64,000 bases of DNA from Chthoniobacteraceae bacterium (GCA_031409655.1 JANNXQ010000195.1:1-64000); one strand, 5' to 3'. Positions 8,697 through 19,113 are shown, numbered from the stretch's first letter. The notes: generated by a model not told the origin, from the letters alone. Numbers and translations: made by a program.

Positions 8697-9773
8697 ATGA
8701 AACTCCCGCTTTTCCTCGTCATCCTCCTCACTGCCGCGTCCTCGCTCTCCGCCGCCCAGATCAGCACTTTCGCCGGCACCGGCGTGCGCGGTTCCTCCGG
8801 CGATGGCGGACCGGCCACCGCGGCGCAGATCAATGATCCCTTTGGCCTCACGCGTGGACCGGATGGCGCGCTCTACTTCTGCGAATACGGTGGGCAGCTC
8901 ATTCGCAAAGTGACCCCTGACGGCAAAATCTCGACCGTCGCCGGTACCGGTAAGACGGGTTACACCGGTGACGGCGGGCCCGCCCTCGCCGCCACTTTCA
9001 ATAAGCCGCACGAGCTGCGCTTTGACCAAGCGGGCGACCTTTTCATCGCCGACATGGTCAACCACGCGATCCGCAAGGTGGACCTGAAACGGGGCACGAT
9101 CTCGACCATCGCCGGCACCGGACAGCCAGGCTACAGCGGCGACGGCGGTCCGGCGCACCAGGCGCAACTCAAGCAACCCCACAGCATCCAGTTCGACGCA
9201 GCGGGCGATCTTTTCATCTGCGACATCGGGAATAACGTCGTCCGCAAGGTGGCGATGAAGACGGGCGCGATCAGCACCTTTGCCGGCACTGGCACCGCGG
9301 GACCGACGCCCGATGGAGCCCCCATCGCCGGCACCCCGCTGAAGGGGCCGCGCTCGCTGGACTTCGATGCCGCGGGGAATCTCTGGCTCGCGACCCGCGA
9401 AGGAAATCAGCTCCTCAAGTTTGACCTGAAGGCCGGGAAAATCTTCCTCGTCGCCGGTAACGGAAAGAAAGGCTTCGGAGGAAACGGTGGTCCGGCGAAA
9501 GACGCGACGCTCTCCGGTCCCAAAGGCGTGGCGATCGCAAAGAACGGCGACGTTTATCTCGTGGATACCGAGAGCCACAGCATCCGCATGGTGGATGCGA
9601 AAAAGGGCACGCTCGAACTCATCGTCGGCACTGGAGAAAAGGGCGACGGCCCCGACGGCGACCCGCTCCGCTGCAAGCTCGCCCGCCCGCACGGCATCTT
9701 CATCGACCCCGATGGGGCCATCTTTATCGGCGACAGTGAAACGCACCGGGTGCGAGTGCTGCGCATGAAATGA
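8697..9773 (+). CDS. Secreted NHL-repeat beta-propeller protein
   Basis: Signal peptide; six repeats of ISTxAGTGxxGxxGDGGPAxxAxxxxP. Confidence 0.92.
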   Translation: MKLPLFLVILLTAASSLSAAQISTFAGTGVRGSSGDGGPATAAQINDPFGLTRGPDGALYFCEYGGQLIRKVTPDGKISTVAGTGKTGYTGDGGPALAATFNKPHELRFDQAGDLFIADMVNHAIRKVDLKRGTISTIAGTGQPGYSGDGGPAHQAQLKQPHSIQFDAAGDLFICDIGNNVVRKVAMKTGAISTFAGTGTAGPTPDGAPIAGTPLKGPRSLDFDAAGNLWLATREGNQLLKFDLKAGKIFLVAGNGKKGFGGNGGPAKDATLSGPKGVAIAKNGDVYLVDTESHSIRMVDAKKGTLELIVGTGEKGDGPDGDPLRCKLARPHGIFIDPDGAIFIGDSETHRVRVLRMK

Positions 9774-9883
9774 ATGTCGGGAACTTTGCCCGAGGAGCGT
9801 GCGCCAGTGATCGAACGATCCTGCGGCTTCCCTGTTTATAGGGACAACCCCCACGCGGCACGATATCCGCACAGACATCTTTT

Positions 9884-12181
9884 ATGGCCACCATCACTAT
9901 CCCCCAAGCACTCGAATTCGCGCGGCAACAACTGCAAAACGGACAGTTGGCGGATTCCGAAGCGATCCTCCGCCAGGTGCTCGCGCAGGATGCGCAGCAG
10001 CCGGAAGCGTTTCATCTGCTCGGAATCATCGCGCATCAGGTGGGTCGGCACGATGTCGCTGCGGAGATCGTGAAGCAGGCCATTTTCCTCGATCCGATCT
10101 CGGCGCAATATCGGAATACGCAGGGGCTCGTGCGCCACGCGCGCGGGGAGATCGACGAGGCGATCGCGGAGTTTCGCTGCGCGCTGAAGATCGAGCCTGC
10201 GCTGGTGGAGGCACAGAATAATCTCGGTAATGCGCTGCGCGCGCAGGGACGATTGCAGGAGGCGCTGGAGTGTTTTCGAGCGGGGTTGCGGCGGCGACCG
10301 GACTACATCGAAGCGCGCAACAATCTCGGCAACTTACTCCGGGATCTCGGGCAGCCGGCGGAGGCCGTGGCGGAGTATCGCGCGGTCCTTGCGGCGGTCC
10401 CGGGTTCGGCGCCCGTCCACAATAACCTCGGCACCGCGCTGGGCGATCTCGGGGAGCATGAAGCGGCCGTGGCCGAGTTTCGGGTGGCGCTGGCGTTGAG
10501 CCCGATTTTTCCGCAGGCCCAATTCAATCTCGGCAATACGCTCCGGCAACTCGGTCAGTTCGGCGCGGCTGCGGAGGCCTATCGTGGCGTCCTCGCCGTG
10601 CAGCCGGACTTGGTGGAAGCGCATCTCGCTTTGAGCGCCGCGCTCCGGGCGGTAGGGGAATCGGAGTCAGCCATCGCCTCCGCGAAAACGGCGGTGCGGC
10701 TGCGGCCCGATCTGGCGGCGACGCACAATACCCTGGGCAATGCGCTCCAGGAGGGGCATCAGCCCGCGGAGGCGATTAGCGCGTATCGCATCGCGATTGA
10801 GCGGCAGCCAGACTTCTCCGATGCCCACAACAACCTGGGTAATGCCCTCAAGGATCAGGGCGAAATCGCCGAGGCGCTGGTCTGCTACCGGCAGGCTCTT
10901 ACCCACACGCCGGACGATGCCGCGATGCACAGCAATCTCGTGTACTCCATGCTTTTCGATCCCAGCGCCGATCCGGAGGCTTTGCGGGCGGAATGCGAGA
11001 GGTGGGATCGTCGGCACGCGGCGCCGCTTCGCGCGGCGATCACGCCGCACCGCAATGCCCCGGACGCCAGCCGCCGACTGCGCATTGGTTACGTGTCGCC
11101 CAATTTTTCCCGCCATGTGATCTCCCACTTTCTGACGCCCTTGCTGGAGGCGCATGACAAGGAGAACTTCGAAATCTTCTGCTACGCCAGCGTGAAGCGA
11201 CCGGACCATGTCACCGGGCGGTTGCGCACGGCCGCGAATGTGTGGCGGGACGTGATTGCCCTGACGGATGAGGAACTTGCCGAGTGCATTCGCAAAGACG
11301 AGATCGACATCCTCGTGGACCTGACCCAGCACCTGGCGGGCAACCGCCTGTTGGTGTTTGCGCGCAAGCCGGCTCCGATTCAAATCGCCTGGGTCGGTTA
11401 CCCGGGCACCACGGGACTTCGAACGATGGACTATCGCTTCACCGATGCCTTTCTCGAACCGGAAGACGCGCCGTGGTCAAAGTCGGTGGAAAATGCGGTG
11501 CGTTTGCCGGACTCGTGGTTCTGCTTCGATCCGCTGGAGGAGTACCCAGCGGCGGGCGCGTTGCCGGCGGCACGCGAAGGTTACGTGACCTTCGCGAGTC
11601 TGAATAACTTCTGCAAAATGAATGACGCCGTGCTGGCACTCTGGGCGCGGGTGCTTCTCGCGGTCGAAGGATCGCGCCTGCTCCTGCAATGCCCGGAAGG
11701 CGGACACGCGGATCGTGCTCGGCAATACTTCGCGTCGCGGGGAGTCGATCCAGAGCGGGTGCAACTCATCGCCCGCACGGCGACTCGGGAGGAATTCCTG
11801 GAGGTCTTCCAGAAGATCGATATCGCCCTCGACCCATTTCCCTACAATGGCGGGACGACGACGTGCGAGGCGCTGTGGATGGGGATTCCGGTGCTGACGC
11901 TCCCTGGCTCGCTGATTGTTTCGAGGATCGGGCTCAGCATCTTATCCTCCGTCGGGCTGCCAGAATTGGCAGCCGACTCGGAAGAGGATTTTGTGAGGCT
12001 GGCTGCGAACCTGGCCGGCGATCTCGCCCGACTTGCGGAACTGCGGGCCACTTTGCGCGAGCGCCTGAAAGCGTCGCCGTTTATGGACGGAGCGCGCTTC
12101 GCCATGGGCGTCGAGCAAGGCTATCGAAAAATGTGGGGCGTCTGGTGCGCGGGCGCGGCTGGTCGGAACGCCACGGCGTGA
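9884..12181 (+). CDS. TPR-containing GT41 (SPINDLY/OGT-like) protein O-glycosyltransferase
   Basis: About 10 TPRs (AHNNLGNAL), RLRIGYVSPNFSRH, IDILVDL, WVGYPGTTG, LDPFPYNGGTTTCEALWMG. Confidence 0.93.
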   Translation: MATITIPQALEFARQQLQNGQLADSEAILRQVLAQDAQQPEAFHLLGIIAHQVGRHDVAAEIVKQAIFLDPISAQYRNTQGLVRHARGEIDEAIAEFRCALKIEPALVEAQNNLGNALRAQGRLQEALECFRAGLRRRPDYIEARNNLGNLLRDLGQPAEAVAEYRAVLAAVPGSAPVHNNLGTALGDLGEHEAAVAEFRVALALSPIFPQAQFNLGNTLRQLGQFGAAAEAYRGVLAVQPDLVEAHLALSAALRAVGESESAIASAKTAVRLRPDLAATHNTLGNALQEGHQPAEAISAYRIAIERQPDFSDAHNNLGNALKDQGEIAEALVCYRQALTHTPDDAAMHSNLVYSMLFDPSADPEALRAECERWDRRHAAPLRAAITPHRNAPDASRRLRIGYVSPNFSRHVISHFLTPLLEAHDKENFEIFCYASVKRPDHVTGRLRTAANVWRDVIALTDEELAECIRKDEIDILVDLTQHLAGNRLLVFARKPAPIQIAWVGYPGTTGLRTMDYRFTDAFLEPEDAPWSKSVENAVRLPDSWFCFDPLEEYPAAGALPAAREGYVTFASLNNFCKMNDAVLALWARVLLAVEGSRLLLQCPEGGHADRARQYFASRGVDPERVQLIARTATREEFLEVFQKIDIALDPFPYNGGTTTCEALWMGIPVLTLPGSLIVSRIGLSILSSVGLPELAADSEEDFVRLAANLAGDLARLAELRATLRERLKASPFMDGARFAMGVEQGYRKMWGVWCAGAAGRNATA

Positions 12182-12193
12182 GAGAATCGCGCC

Positions 12194-12970
12194 ATGGTGA
12201 TTTATCCCCGCACTCGGGAGAGCCAGCAGTTGATGATTTCTTTTGCCCAGAATCATGAAGACGTCCTGATCGACCGGGTCTTCCGCAAAAACAGCGGATT
12301 CTTCATCGATGTCGGGGCCTTTCACTCGATCGGCGATTCCGTGACCAAATACTTCAACCTGTCCGGTTGGCGCGGGATCAATATCGAGCCTGACGCCGAG
12401 GTCTTTGCGGAACTCGTGCGCGACCGGCCGCAGGATGTGAATCTGTGCTGCGCGGTTGGGCGGAGCCGTGGGATGGCCACGTTTCATCGGCTGCCCAACC
12501 GCGCGATGTCCACGATTTCGACGAGCCACCTGGCGGGAATTGCGCCGGGCGATCGTGCGGGCGCGGAAAGCGGTGAAGTGGAGATGCGCAGCCTGGCAGA
12601 CATCTGCGCCGAGTTTGCCAGCAGCGAGATCGACTTCCTCAAAATCGACGCCGAGGGCGCGGAAGCGGACGTGGTCGCGGGGGGCGACTGGCGGCAGTTT
12701 CGCCCACGACTCGTCGTGATCGAAGCGACGAAGCCCTGGTCTTCGGAACTGAATTGCGCGGAGTGGGAACCCGCGCTCCTCGCGCACGACTATCTGTTCC
12801 AGCACTTCGACGGCATCAACCGATACTACCTGCGGCGCGAGGATGAAGCCTTGGCGCCCCAGTTGTCCGTGCCGGTGAATGTTTTGGATTTCTGCGTCAC
12901 CCATCGGGAGCTGCAAATGAAGGAGGAGTTGCAGCGCTGGCGGATGGCCGCAGCCGGAGCGCAAGCTTAA
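12194..12970 (+). CDS. FkbM-family methyltransferase
   Basis: SFAQNHED, FFIDVGA, GWRGINIEP, IDFLKIDAEGAE, FDGINRYY. Confidence 0.9.
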   Translation: MVIYPRTRESQQLMISFAQNHEDVLIDRVFRKNSGFFIDVGAFHSIGDSVTKYFNLSGWRGINIEPDAEVFAELVRDRPQDVNLCCAVGRSRGMATFHRLPNRAMSTISTSHLAGIAPGDRAGAESGEVEMRSLADICAEFASSEIDFLKIDAEGAEADVVAGGDWRQFRPRLVVIEATKPWSSELNCAEWEPALLAHDYLFQHFDGINRYYLRREDEALAPQLSVPVNVLDFCVTHRELQMKEELQRWRMAAAGAQA

Positions 12971-13037
12971 CTATCTTAAGGCAGGGTCGCAGCCGGGGGC
13001 TTGCGTCGGCGGTTGCTTGAGGGCGAGAGTGGCGGAA

Positions 13038-13268
13038 ATGACTGAGCCACGCCTGATGACCTGTCCGATCTGCGGGAAGACCGTGGCGTTTTCCGCGCCG
13101 CCGCTTGGCTCCTTCTGCTCGGAGCGGTGCAAGCTCATCGATCTCGGGAAGTGGCTCGGTGAAGAGTATCGCGTCTCGGAGCCCCTGAGCCCGGAGCACT
13201 TCGCGGAGTTTGAAGAACTCGGCGGTGGGGAGGAACTCGATCGGCCGCGCGAGACGGACGAGGACTGA
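13038..13268 (+). CDS. yacG: DNA gyrase inhibitor YacG
   Basis: CPICGK...FCSERCKLIDLGKWLGEEYRV zinc finger. Confidence 0.9.
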   Translation: MTEPRLMTCPICGKTVAFSAPPLGSFCSERCKLIDLGKWLGEEYRVSEPLSPEHFAEFEELGGGEELDRPRETDED

Positions 13269-13274
13269 TCGAAC

Positions 13275-13778
13275 TTACAGCAGCAGTTGCAGAGTCAGCA
13301 CGTCGAGCCAGCGGTCGTGCTTGTAGCCCACTTCGCGCAGGTGGCCACACGGCGCAAAACCGAAGGCTTCGTGCAGGGCGATGCTGGGCACTTGATCGGA
13401 CGAAATGCCGGCGAGGATGGTGTGGTGACCGAGAGAGCGCGCGCGGGCGATGAGGTCCGCGAGGAGCGCGCGACCGAGTCCGCGCCGTTGCTGGTCGTGC
13501 CGGATATAGACGGAGTTCTCCACGGTGCGCGCGTAAGCTTCGCGGGCATTGAAGACATTGAGCGAGGCCCAGCCCAGAATCTCGCCGGCATCTTCAACGA
13601 CGGTGACAGGGTGGAGCGTATCGTGTCTCCGAAACCAGGCGAGCCGGGCTTCGGCTGTCTCCGGCGCCATCTGGTAGGTACACGTCGAGTGTTCGACGTT
13701 GTAGTTGTAGATGGCGTTGATCGCGGGCAGGTCCGCCTCGGTGGCGGCGCGAATGAGTAATCCTTCCACTGCCGTCAC
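13275..13778 (-). CDS. GNAT acetyltransferase (phosphinothricin/methionine-sulfoximine type)
   Basis: IRAATEADLPAINAIYN, ENSVYI, RRGLGRALL, SIALHEAFGF, VGYKHDRWLD; GTG start overlaps the upstream TGA. Confidence 0.9.
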   Translation of the reverse strand: MTAVEGLLIRAATEADLPAINAIYNYNVEHSTCTYQMAPETAEARLAWFRRHDTLHPVTVVEDAGEILGWASLNVFNAREAYARTVENSVYIRHDQQRRGLGRALLADLIARARSLGHHTILAGISSDQVPSIALHEAFGFAPCGHLREVGYKHDRWLDVLTLQLLL

Positions 13779-15538
13779 TTGGCCTTCGGTACGATCTGCA
13801 CGTCGGCAATCAGGCAATCCCCAAGATACTGGGTAAGCTGAAACTTGAACTCGAGGATGGCCAGAGTCGTCGTGTCGAGCGCGCGGATGCCCTTTTTCCG
13901 AAAGTGGACGGTGAAAGTCTTTTCCACGGGTTTCCATGCATCGGTGCTGCTGAAGGTCACGTTTTCCTCCTTCTCCTCGTGGATCTCGTCCTTGATGGCT
14001 TTAGCCGCGCCCCGCTCGCCCTTTTCAAACTTCGTCGGCTTGCCTTCATTCGCTCCGATGTAAGCCACGGTCGCAGTGCCATTCTGGATGGTGCGCCCTT
14101 TCACCTTAAAGGTAAGTTGATAGGTCGTATCGGTCTTGAGAGGTGGGAGAAGCTGGCGGATGACAAAGGTGTCGGCCGAGCGGCTGGCACCGGCCCAGGT
14201 CGCGTCGATGGGGATCCATTCATCGAGCCAGTAGCGGAAGTAGTCCGTGGCGTCTCGGCCATCCACGGAAAGATCAGCCAGCTTGAAGACCTTGTTTGGC
14301 GAAGGAAAGTAACCTGACTTCAGGACCTTGCCGCCGGACGGGCTGGGCTCCTCGTCCACTCCGATGTAGCCATAGAGATTTCCCCGATTAGTCCCGGGGT
14401 CGATGGTCCATTGGGCGGGGATGCGGATGTTATTTGTCCAGATGCCCGTGCCCTTGAGTTCTGTGGGTGTTTGAAACTTCGGCTCCGTCGCGGTGCCCTT
14501 GTTCAGGGAGAGCGCGATGCGGCCATTCGTTTTGCCGATGAGGAGATCAAAAAGGCCGTCGCCATCGTAGTCCGCCGCATGCGGAGCCACCGCACTGCCA
14601 AAGGTCTTTACATTACCGAAAGTAATCATCGTGCTCAGCGGCAGTTCCGTGCCGGGCTTCCAACCTCCGGGATTTAGATACACGCCGACAGTCCCGAGGC
14701 GATCGCCGACGATGACGTCGAGGTTCCCGTCGCCGTTCCAGTCCGCGACCGTCGGCACGAGTTGCTCGCGCCCATCGCCGTAGCAGAGGTAGTAGCGCTC
14801 TTCTTCGGTGAACTTTGGCTCCGAGCCGGCGGATTGATTGAGCAGAACATAGACGGCATTTGCCGAGTAGGAACCTTCGCCGATGAGCAGGTCCGTCTTT
14901 CCGTCCTTGTTCCAGTCCACCGCGCAGGGCGCGAAAAGATTGCCCCACGGTTGCTTCAGACTGATCGGCAGGCGGACCTTGGCGTAGGCTGTCGGCTGCG
15001 GATAGGTGGGCGCGGTCGGAGTACCGCCGTTACCGATCATGACGATATCGCCCGCATAGTTTCCGAAGATCAGGTCTGCCATCCCTCGCTTGCTCCAGTC
15101 AAACAGCGCAATCTTCGGGATGCCGTGGCGCCAGGTCCAGGTCCCGCGATCCCACTTTTCGTCCTTCGCGACCATCGGCGGGAAAATCGGGACGACTTCT
15201 GCGTGCGTGAACTTCGGCTCGGTGTTCGTCCCACTATTGATATAGGCGCGGAGGATCCCGTCCGGGTCCGCCGTCACGAGATCCGGCAGGCGATCCCCGC
15301 TCACATCGAGGAAGTTCACCGAGAGCGGCATCGGCAGAGAGCCCACTTTTCCGCTTTCCGTCACCGCATAGGCGGCGCGCGTATCTCCGGCGATAAAGTT
15401 CTGTCCATCCACCCCATCCCAAAAGTTTTCCAGAGGCTTAAAGGAGGCGAAGTCCCCATTCTTCACCACATTCTGCGAGAGAGCATGGGCTGAGAGGGCG
15501 AGCAGGGCGGCGACGGTGCGTAGTGAATAAGCGAACAT
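13775..15538 (-). CDS. Secreted FG-GAP/VCBS repeat protein with carbohydrate-binding-like domain
   Basis: Signal peptide from ATG 15538; repeats DWNKDGKTDLLIG, DWNGDGNLDVIVG and DYDGDGLFDLLIG; NVVKNGDF start and jelly-roll-like C-terminus. Confidence 0.82.
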   Translation of the reverse strand: MFAYSLRTVAALLALSAHALSQNVVKNGDFASFKPLENFWDGVDGQNFIAGDTRAAYAVTESGKVGSLPMPLSVNFLDVSGDRLPDLVTADPDGILRAYINSGTNTEPKFTHAEVVPIFPPMVAKDEKWDRGTWTWRHGIPKIALFDWSKRGMADLIFGNYAGDIVMIGNGGTPTAPTYPQPTAYAKVRLPISLKQPWGNLFAPCAVDWNKDGKTDLLIGEGSYSANAVYVLLNQSAGSEPKFTEEERYYLCYGDGREQLVPTVADWNGDGNLDVIVGDRLGTVGVYLNPGGWKPGTELPLSTMITFGNVKTFGSAVAPHAADYDGDGLFDLLIGKTNGRIALSLNKGTATEPKFQTPTELKGTGIWTNNIRIPAQWTIDPGTNRGNLYGYIGVDEEPSPSGGKVLKSGYFPSPNKVFKLADLSVDGRDATDYFRYWLDEWIPIDATWAGASRSADTFVIRQLLPPLKTDTTYQLTFKVKGRTIQNGTATVAYIGANEGKPTKFEKGERGAAKAIKDEIHEEKEENVTFSSTDAWKPVEKTFTVHFRKKGIRALDTTTLAILEFKFQLTQYLGDCLIADVQIVPKAK

Positions 15539-15628
15539 CGAACGTCGAACATCGAACCTCGAACATCGAACGCTAAGCGCCGGACCCCGGTTCGATGTTC
15601 GAGGTTCAATGTTCAATGTTCGATGTTC
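15532..15628. repeat. About 40-bp-arm inverted repeat of CGAACAT heptamers
   Basis: cgaacat-cgaacgt-cgaacat-cgaacct-cgaacat-cgaac ... gttcg-atgttcg-aggttca-atgttca-atgttcg-atgttc. Confidence 0.92.
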
Positions 15629-15650
15629 TTTCATGGCGCTCTTCCGGTCC

Positions 15651-16958
15651 TTACATCCGCGGCACCGTCTTGATCTTCTCCTCCCACCGCGTCAGGAGAT
15701 GCACGATGATATTGGTGCCAAACTTATAGGTATCGAAGAGCGCCCGCTCCTCGATGTTGCGGAAGTAAAGGTTCCGCCGATGCCACATCGGCTCATTCAT
15801 CGCCACCATGCGATGCTTCTCGTCGCGACTGACGTCAAACTTACCTTTCTCATCGATGCCAAACTGCCACATATCCCCGTAGTCATTGGCCGTGTAGATC
15901 ACCGCGATCTCCCCCCCGTGGCCATAGAGCACGTGGATCGGCTCGTCGTAGAAGTTAATCCCCGGCGGCACCGTCTTGATATCCTCGTAGTAAGTCTTGA
16001 GAAAGATCGGATGATTCGCTGGCAGCGTCTGCCAGCGCGGATTCAGCTCCTGCATCACCCGGAGCATTTCCCGGCGAAAGGCGATGTCAAAGCGCGACCT
16101 TTGTCCCGGCAGCGAACTGTCTCCCCAGATGCATCCGCCGTGGCGCAGATACTCGGCCATATTGACCAGCTCATCATTGGTGAGCACAAAGTCGCGATGC
16201 CCGGTGAACCAAATGAAGGGTGGCTTTTGATCAAAGATCTCCTGACTCGCCAGATCCAGCGGCACCGCCTGCGGATGCGCGGTGATCTTATCCTTCGAGA
16301 GCTTCGTGATGATGAAAAGCAGGTTGGGCAGACTTCCGCCCGTGATCTTACCGGCTTCCATCCGCACCGTGCTATCCCAGTCGCCCCCCTGATACTTGGC
16401 CAGATACGCCGTGAACTCAAACTCCCGGCTCTTCAGCGGTCCGCTCATCGAACCCTTGCCGCCCTTCTTCACCCAGCCCTTGGTAAAGCCCGCGATCTTC
16501 TGCCCGATCTCCTTGCTCAGCCCCGTGCTCACCGTCGGGGCCGGCGCCACTGCCTTGAGGTCCACATTTGGATTCACCGACATCGTCGGCGTCTGCGCCG
16601 CCGCCATGGTGAAGGTGTTCTGCGTCGGGGTATTCGCGGCGATCGCGGTCAGCGAGGGCGTCGCCACGGAGGCCGAGGCATTGGGCGTCGTCGGGGCAAA
16701 TTGCGACTGCTGCATCTGCGGCTCGGTCTGCGGCGGTGCTACCGAAGTATCCGTGCTGAAAAGGCTGCCCGGCTCGGACTCAAAGTCCGGCGGCTCGGTC
16801 ATGTTTTTGATCAGCACCGTACTCCCCGCAAGGACGAGGATGATCAGGTGGACCATCGCGGAAAAGGTGAAGTAACGCATCCGCCCCACCCAGAGAAAGA
16901 ATGCCTCCCGCCGGGAGTGCGTCATCGGCATGGCAGTGGGGGCGGTTTCGAAATTCAT
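15651..16958 (-). CDS. Membrane-anchored DUF4159-domain protein
   Basis: N-terminal TM (SAMVHLIILVL), Pro/Thr linker, GGDWD, PFIWFTGHRDF, YLRHGGCIWGD, LPANHPIF, GTNII. Confidence 0.82.
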   Translation of the reverse strand: MNFETAPTAMPMTHSRREAFFLWVGRMRYFTFSAMVHLIILVLAGSTVLIKNMTEPPDFESEPGSLFSTDTSVAPPQTEPQMQQSQFAPTTPNASASVATPSLTAIAANTPTQNTFTMAAAQTPTMSVNPNVDLKAVAPAPTVSTGLSKEIGQKIAGFTKGWVKKGGKGSMSGPLKSREFEFTAYLAKYQGGDWDSTVRMEAGKITGGSLPNLLFIITKLSKDKITAHPQAVPLDLASQEIFDQKPPFIWFTGHRDFVLTNDELVNMAEYLRHGGCIWGDSSLPGQRSRFDIAFRREMLRVMQELNPRWQTLPANHPIFLKTYYEDIKTVPPGINFYDEPIHVLYGHGGEIAVIYTANDYGDMWQFGIDEKGKFDVSRDEKHRMVAMNEPMWHRRNLYFRNIEERALFDTYKFGTNIIVHLLTRWEEKIKTVPRM

Positions 16959-17199
16959 GGGGAGTGGTGGCCGAGAGCTGGCGCGACCCGGTGCGAGAGC
17001 TAAACCCTGGATCACCGGATTTGAAAGCCAGAAACCTGCGGCGTCCCACCCCTTCTGCCCATCTGCTTGCTCGCGTCCCGGACCTCTGCCAGAGTCTTTG
17101 GGATGGCCAAAGGAGACAAACCCATTCCTCGTGCGGGAGCTAGTGGTCAGCAGTACAAAAGTGGCGGGCGACCGCTCAATTCTTAACCCAAGTTTCTGG

Positions 17200-19113
17200 A
17201 TGCCCCCCAAACTCCGCATTCTACTTCCCGTCGCCGCTTCGATCGCGGCCTTCGCTGTCGGTTACATTTTCGGCGGCGGTTCCTCGCTTCCGCAGAGCCG
17301 AGCGGAGGTCGCCGCGTCCACCTCCAATGCGGGTACCGCCACGCAAGGGCGGACGGGTGGGGCGTTTGGCGACACTGATTCGCCCGCCGAGCGGCGCGGG
17401 CGCTCGCTTTCCGCACTGCTGGATGCAACCCGCTCAACCAACCAGATGGTCCGCTGGCAAAAGGTGGCCGTGGCGATCAACGGCATCGGCCCCGACGACA
17501 TCGCTGCCGCGCTCGAGATGGCGCTTCGCTTAAAGGGCGAGGATATGCGTTCGGTGGTGTGGTCGATCATCGGGCGCTGGGCGGAGTTTGACCCCCAGGC
17601 AGCGGCGGCCTACGCGCTCACGGCCAAGACGGGATCAGTCTGGGAGCGCACCTACGCGCTGACTGCCGCAGCCCACGCCTGGGCGAAAAAGGACATCGCC
17701 GGGGCAAAGGCGTGGGCGCTCGCGATCCCAGATGCGGCGCAGCGCCAGGGTGCCGTGTCCGGCGTCGCGACCGGGCTCACCGAGAGCGATCCCGCGGGCG
17801 CGGTCGCGTGGCTGCAGGCCTTGCCCGCCGAGCTGCGCGGACGGGATACTTACGGCAGCGTTTTTAGCAGTTGGGCCATGCGCGATCCCACCACCGCTGC
17901 CCAGCAGGTGCTTTCGCTGCCCGCTGGGTCGGCACGAGCCGGTGCCATTTCCACGGTGGCCGCGAAGTGGGCCGCCACCGATCCGCAGGCCGCCCTTGCC
18001 TGGGCCTCCGGCCTCAGCGAGTTGGGCGTGCGCGCCAACGCCACGGCGCAGATTTTCGAAAACTGGGCCTTGTCCGAACCCGATGCCGCGCTTGCGGTCG
18101 CGCGGCAACTTCCCGACGAAGCGCAGCGCCGCCGGGCGCTCGCCGATATCATCGAAGCCGTGGCCCTCACCGACCTGCCTCGCGCCCAGCAACTCATCGC
18201 CGAAATCCCTGCCGGTCCGCGGCGGAATGAAGCACTCGGCCGTCTCGCGCAAAACCTCGCGTACACTGACCCTGCCGCTTCCGTGAAGGTCGCCGCCACG
18301 CTCCCCGCCGGAGACGCCCGGGCGCGCGCCATCCAGTGGGGGTTGCGGCAGTGGACGCAAACATCGCCCTCGGAAGCGATCGCCTTTGCCGAAAAGGAAC
18401 TGGGGGTCGGTGAAGAGCGGGTGCAAGCGCTGCAAATGGCCATGCAATCGTGGGTCTATTCCGATCCGCAAGCCGCGCTCACCTACGCCGCCAAGAGCGC
18501 CGATGCCAAGCCTGACAATCTGCGCGAACTCGTCAAAACCTGGGCCCGCCAGGATCCCGATGGTGCCCTCGCGTGGTCCCGCAACCAGCCCGCGAGCGCG
18601 GCTCGGGACGCCTATATCGCCGGTGCCATGTCCGGTCTCGCTGGACACGAGCCGCAACGCGCTGCCGAACTGCTCACGAAAGTCCCCGCCGGCGAACTGC
18701 AACGCAAAGCCGCCGCGGACATCGCCGGTTCCTGGGCCGATCAAGATCCCTCGCAAGCCGCCACCTGGGTCGCGCAACTCACCGACCCGATCAGCCAGCG
18801 GGATGCCGCCTCCCGGATCGCGCACTCCTGGGCCCGGCAGGATCCCGTACAAGCCGCCGCCTGGATCGAGCGGATTCCCGGAGGAGAAGTGCGTGATTCC
18901 GCGGTCGGTGGTTACGCGGATGAAATCGCGGGCGTGGACCCCGCAGGTGCGATGCAGTGGGCCGAGACGATCGCCGAACAAACCCGCCGCGAAAACGTGC
19001 TCAAGCGCAACTTCGACCGCTGGCGCCGCAGCGACGAAACCGCCGCCACCACCTGGCTCACCTCGAAGACCACGTTCGGCGAAGCCCTCCGTAAGCGCCT
19101 CGACGCCAAGTGA
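17200..19113 (+). CDS. Membrane-anchored alpha-solenoid protein with about 31-aa WAxxDPxAAxxW repeats
   Basis: N-terminal TM; more than 15 repeats such as WAEFDPQAAAAY, WAATDPQAALAW and WARQDPVQAAAW. Confidence 0.85.
   Translation: MPPKLRILLPVAASIAAFAVGYIFGGGSSLPQSRAEVAASTSNAGTATQGRTGGAFGDTDSPAERRGRSLSALLDATRSTNQMVRWQKVAVAINGIGPDDIAAALEMALRLKGEDMRSVVWSIIGRWAEFDPQAAAAYALTAKTGSVWERTYALTAAAHAWAKKDIAGAKAWALAIPDAAQRQGAVSGVATGLTESDPAGAVAWLQALPAELRGRDTYGSVFSSWAMRDPTTAAQQVLSLPAGSARAGAISTVAAKWAATDPQAALAWASGLSELGVRANATAQIFENWALSEPDAALAVARQLPDEAQRRRALADIIEAVALTDLPRAQQLIAEIPAGPRRNEALGRLAQNLAYTDPAASVKVAATLPAGDARARAIQWGLRQWTQTSPSEAIAFAEKELGVGEERVQALQMAMQSWVYSDPQAALTYAAKSADAKPDNLRELVKTWARQDPDGALAWSRNQPASAARDAYIAGAMSGLAGHEPQRAAELLTKVPAGELQRKAAADIAGSWADQDPSQAATWVAQLTDPISQRDAASRIAHSWARQDPVQAAAWIERIPGGEVRDSAVGGYADEIAGVDPAGAMQWAETIAEQTRRENVLKRNFDRWRRSDETAATTWLTSKTTFGEALRKRLDAK

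Noticed and set aside
15532..15628. Possible CRISPR array in the repeat tracts
   Set aside because: Units are 6-7 nt tandem repeats without unique spacers; no cas genes in the window.
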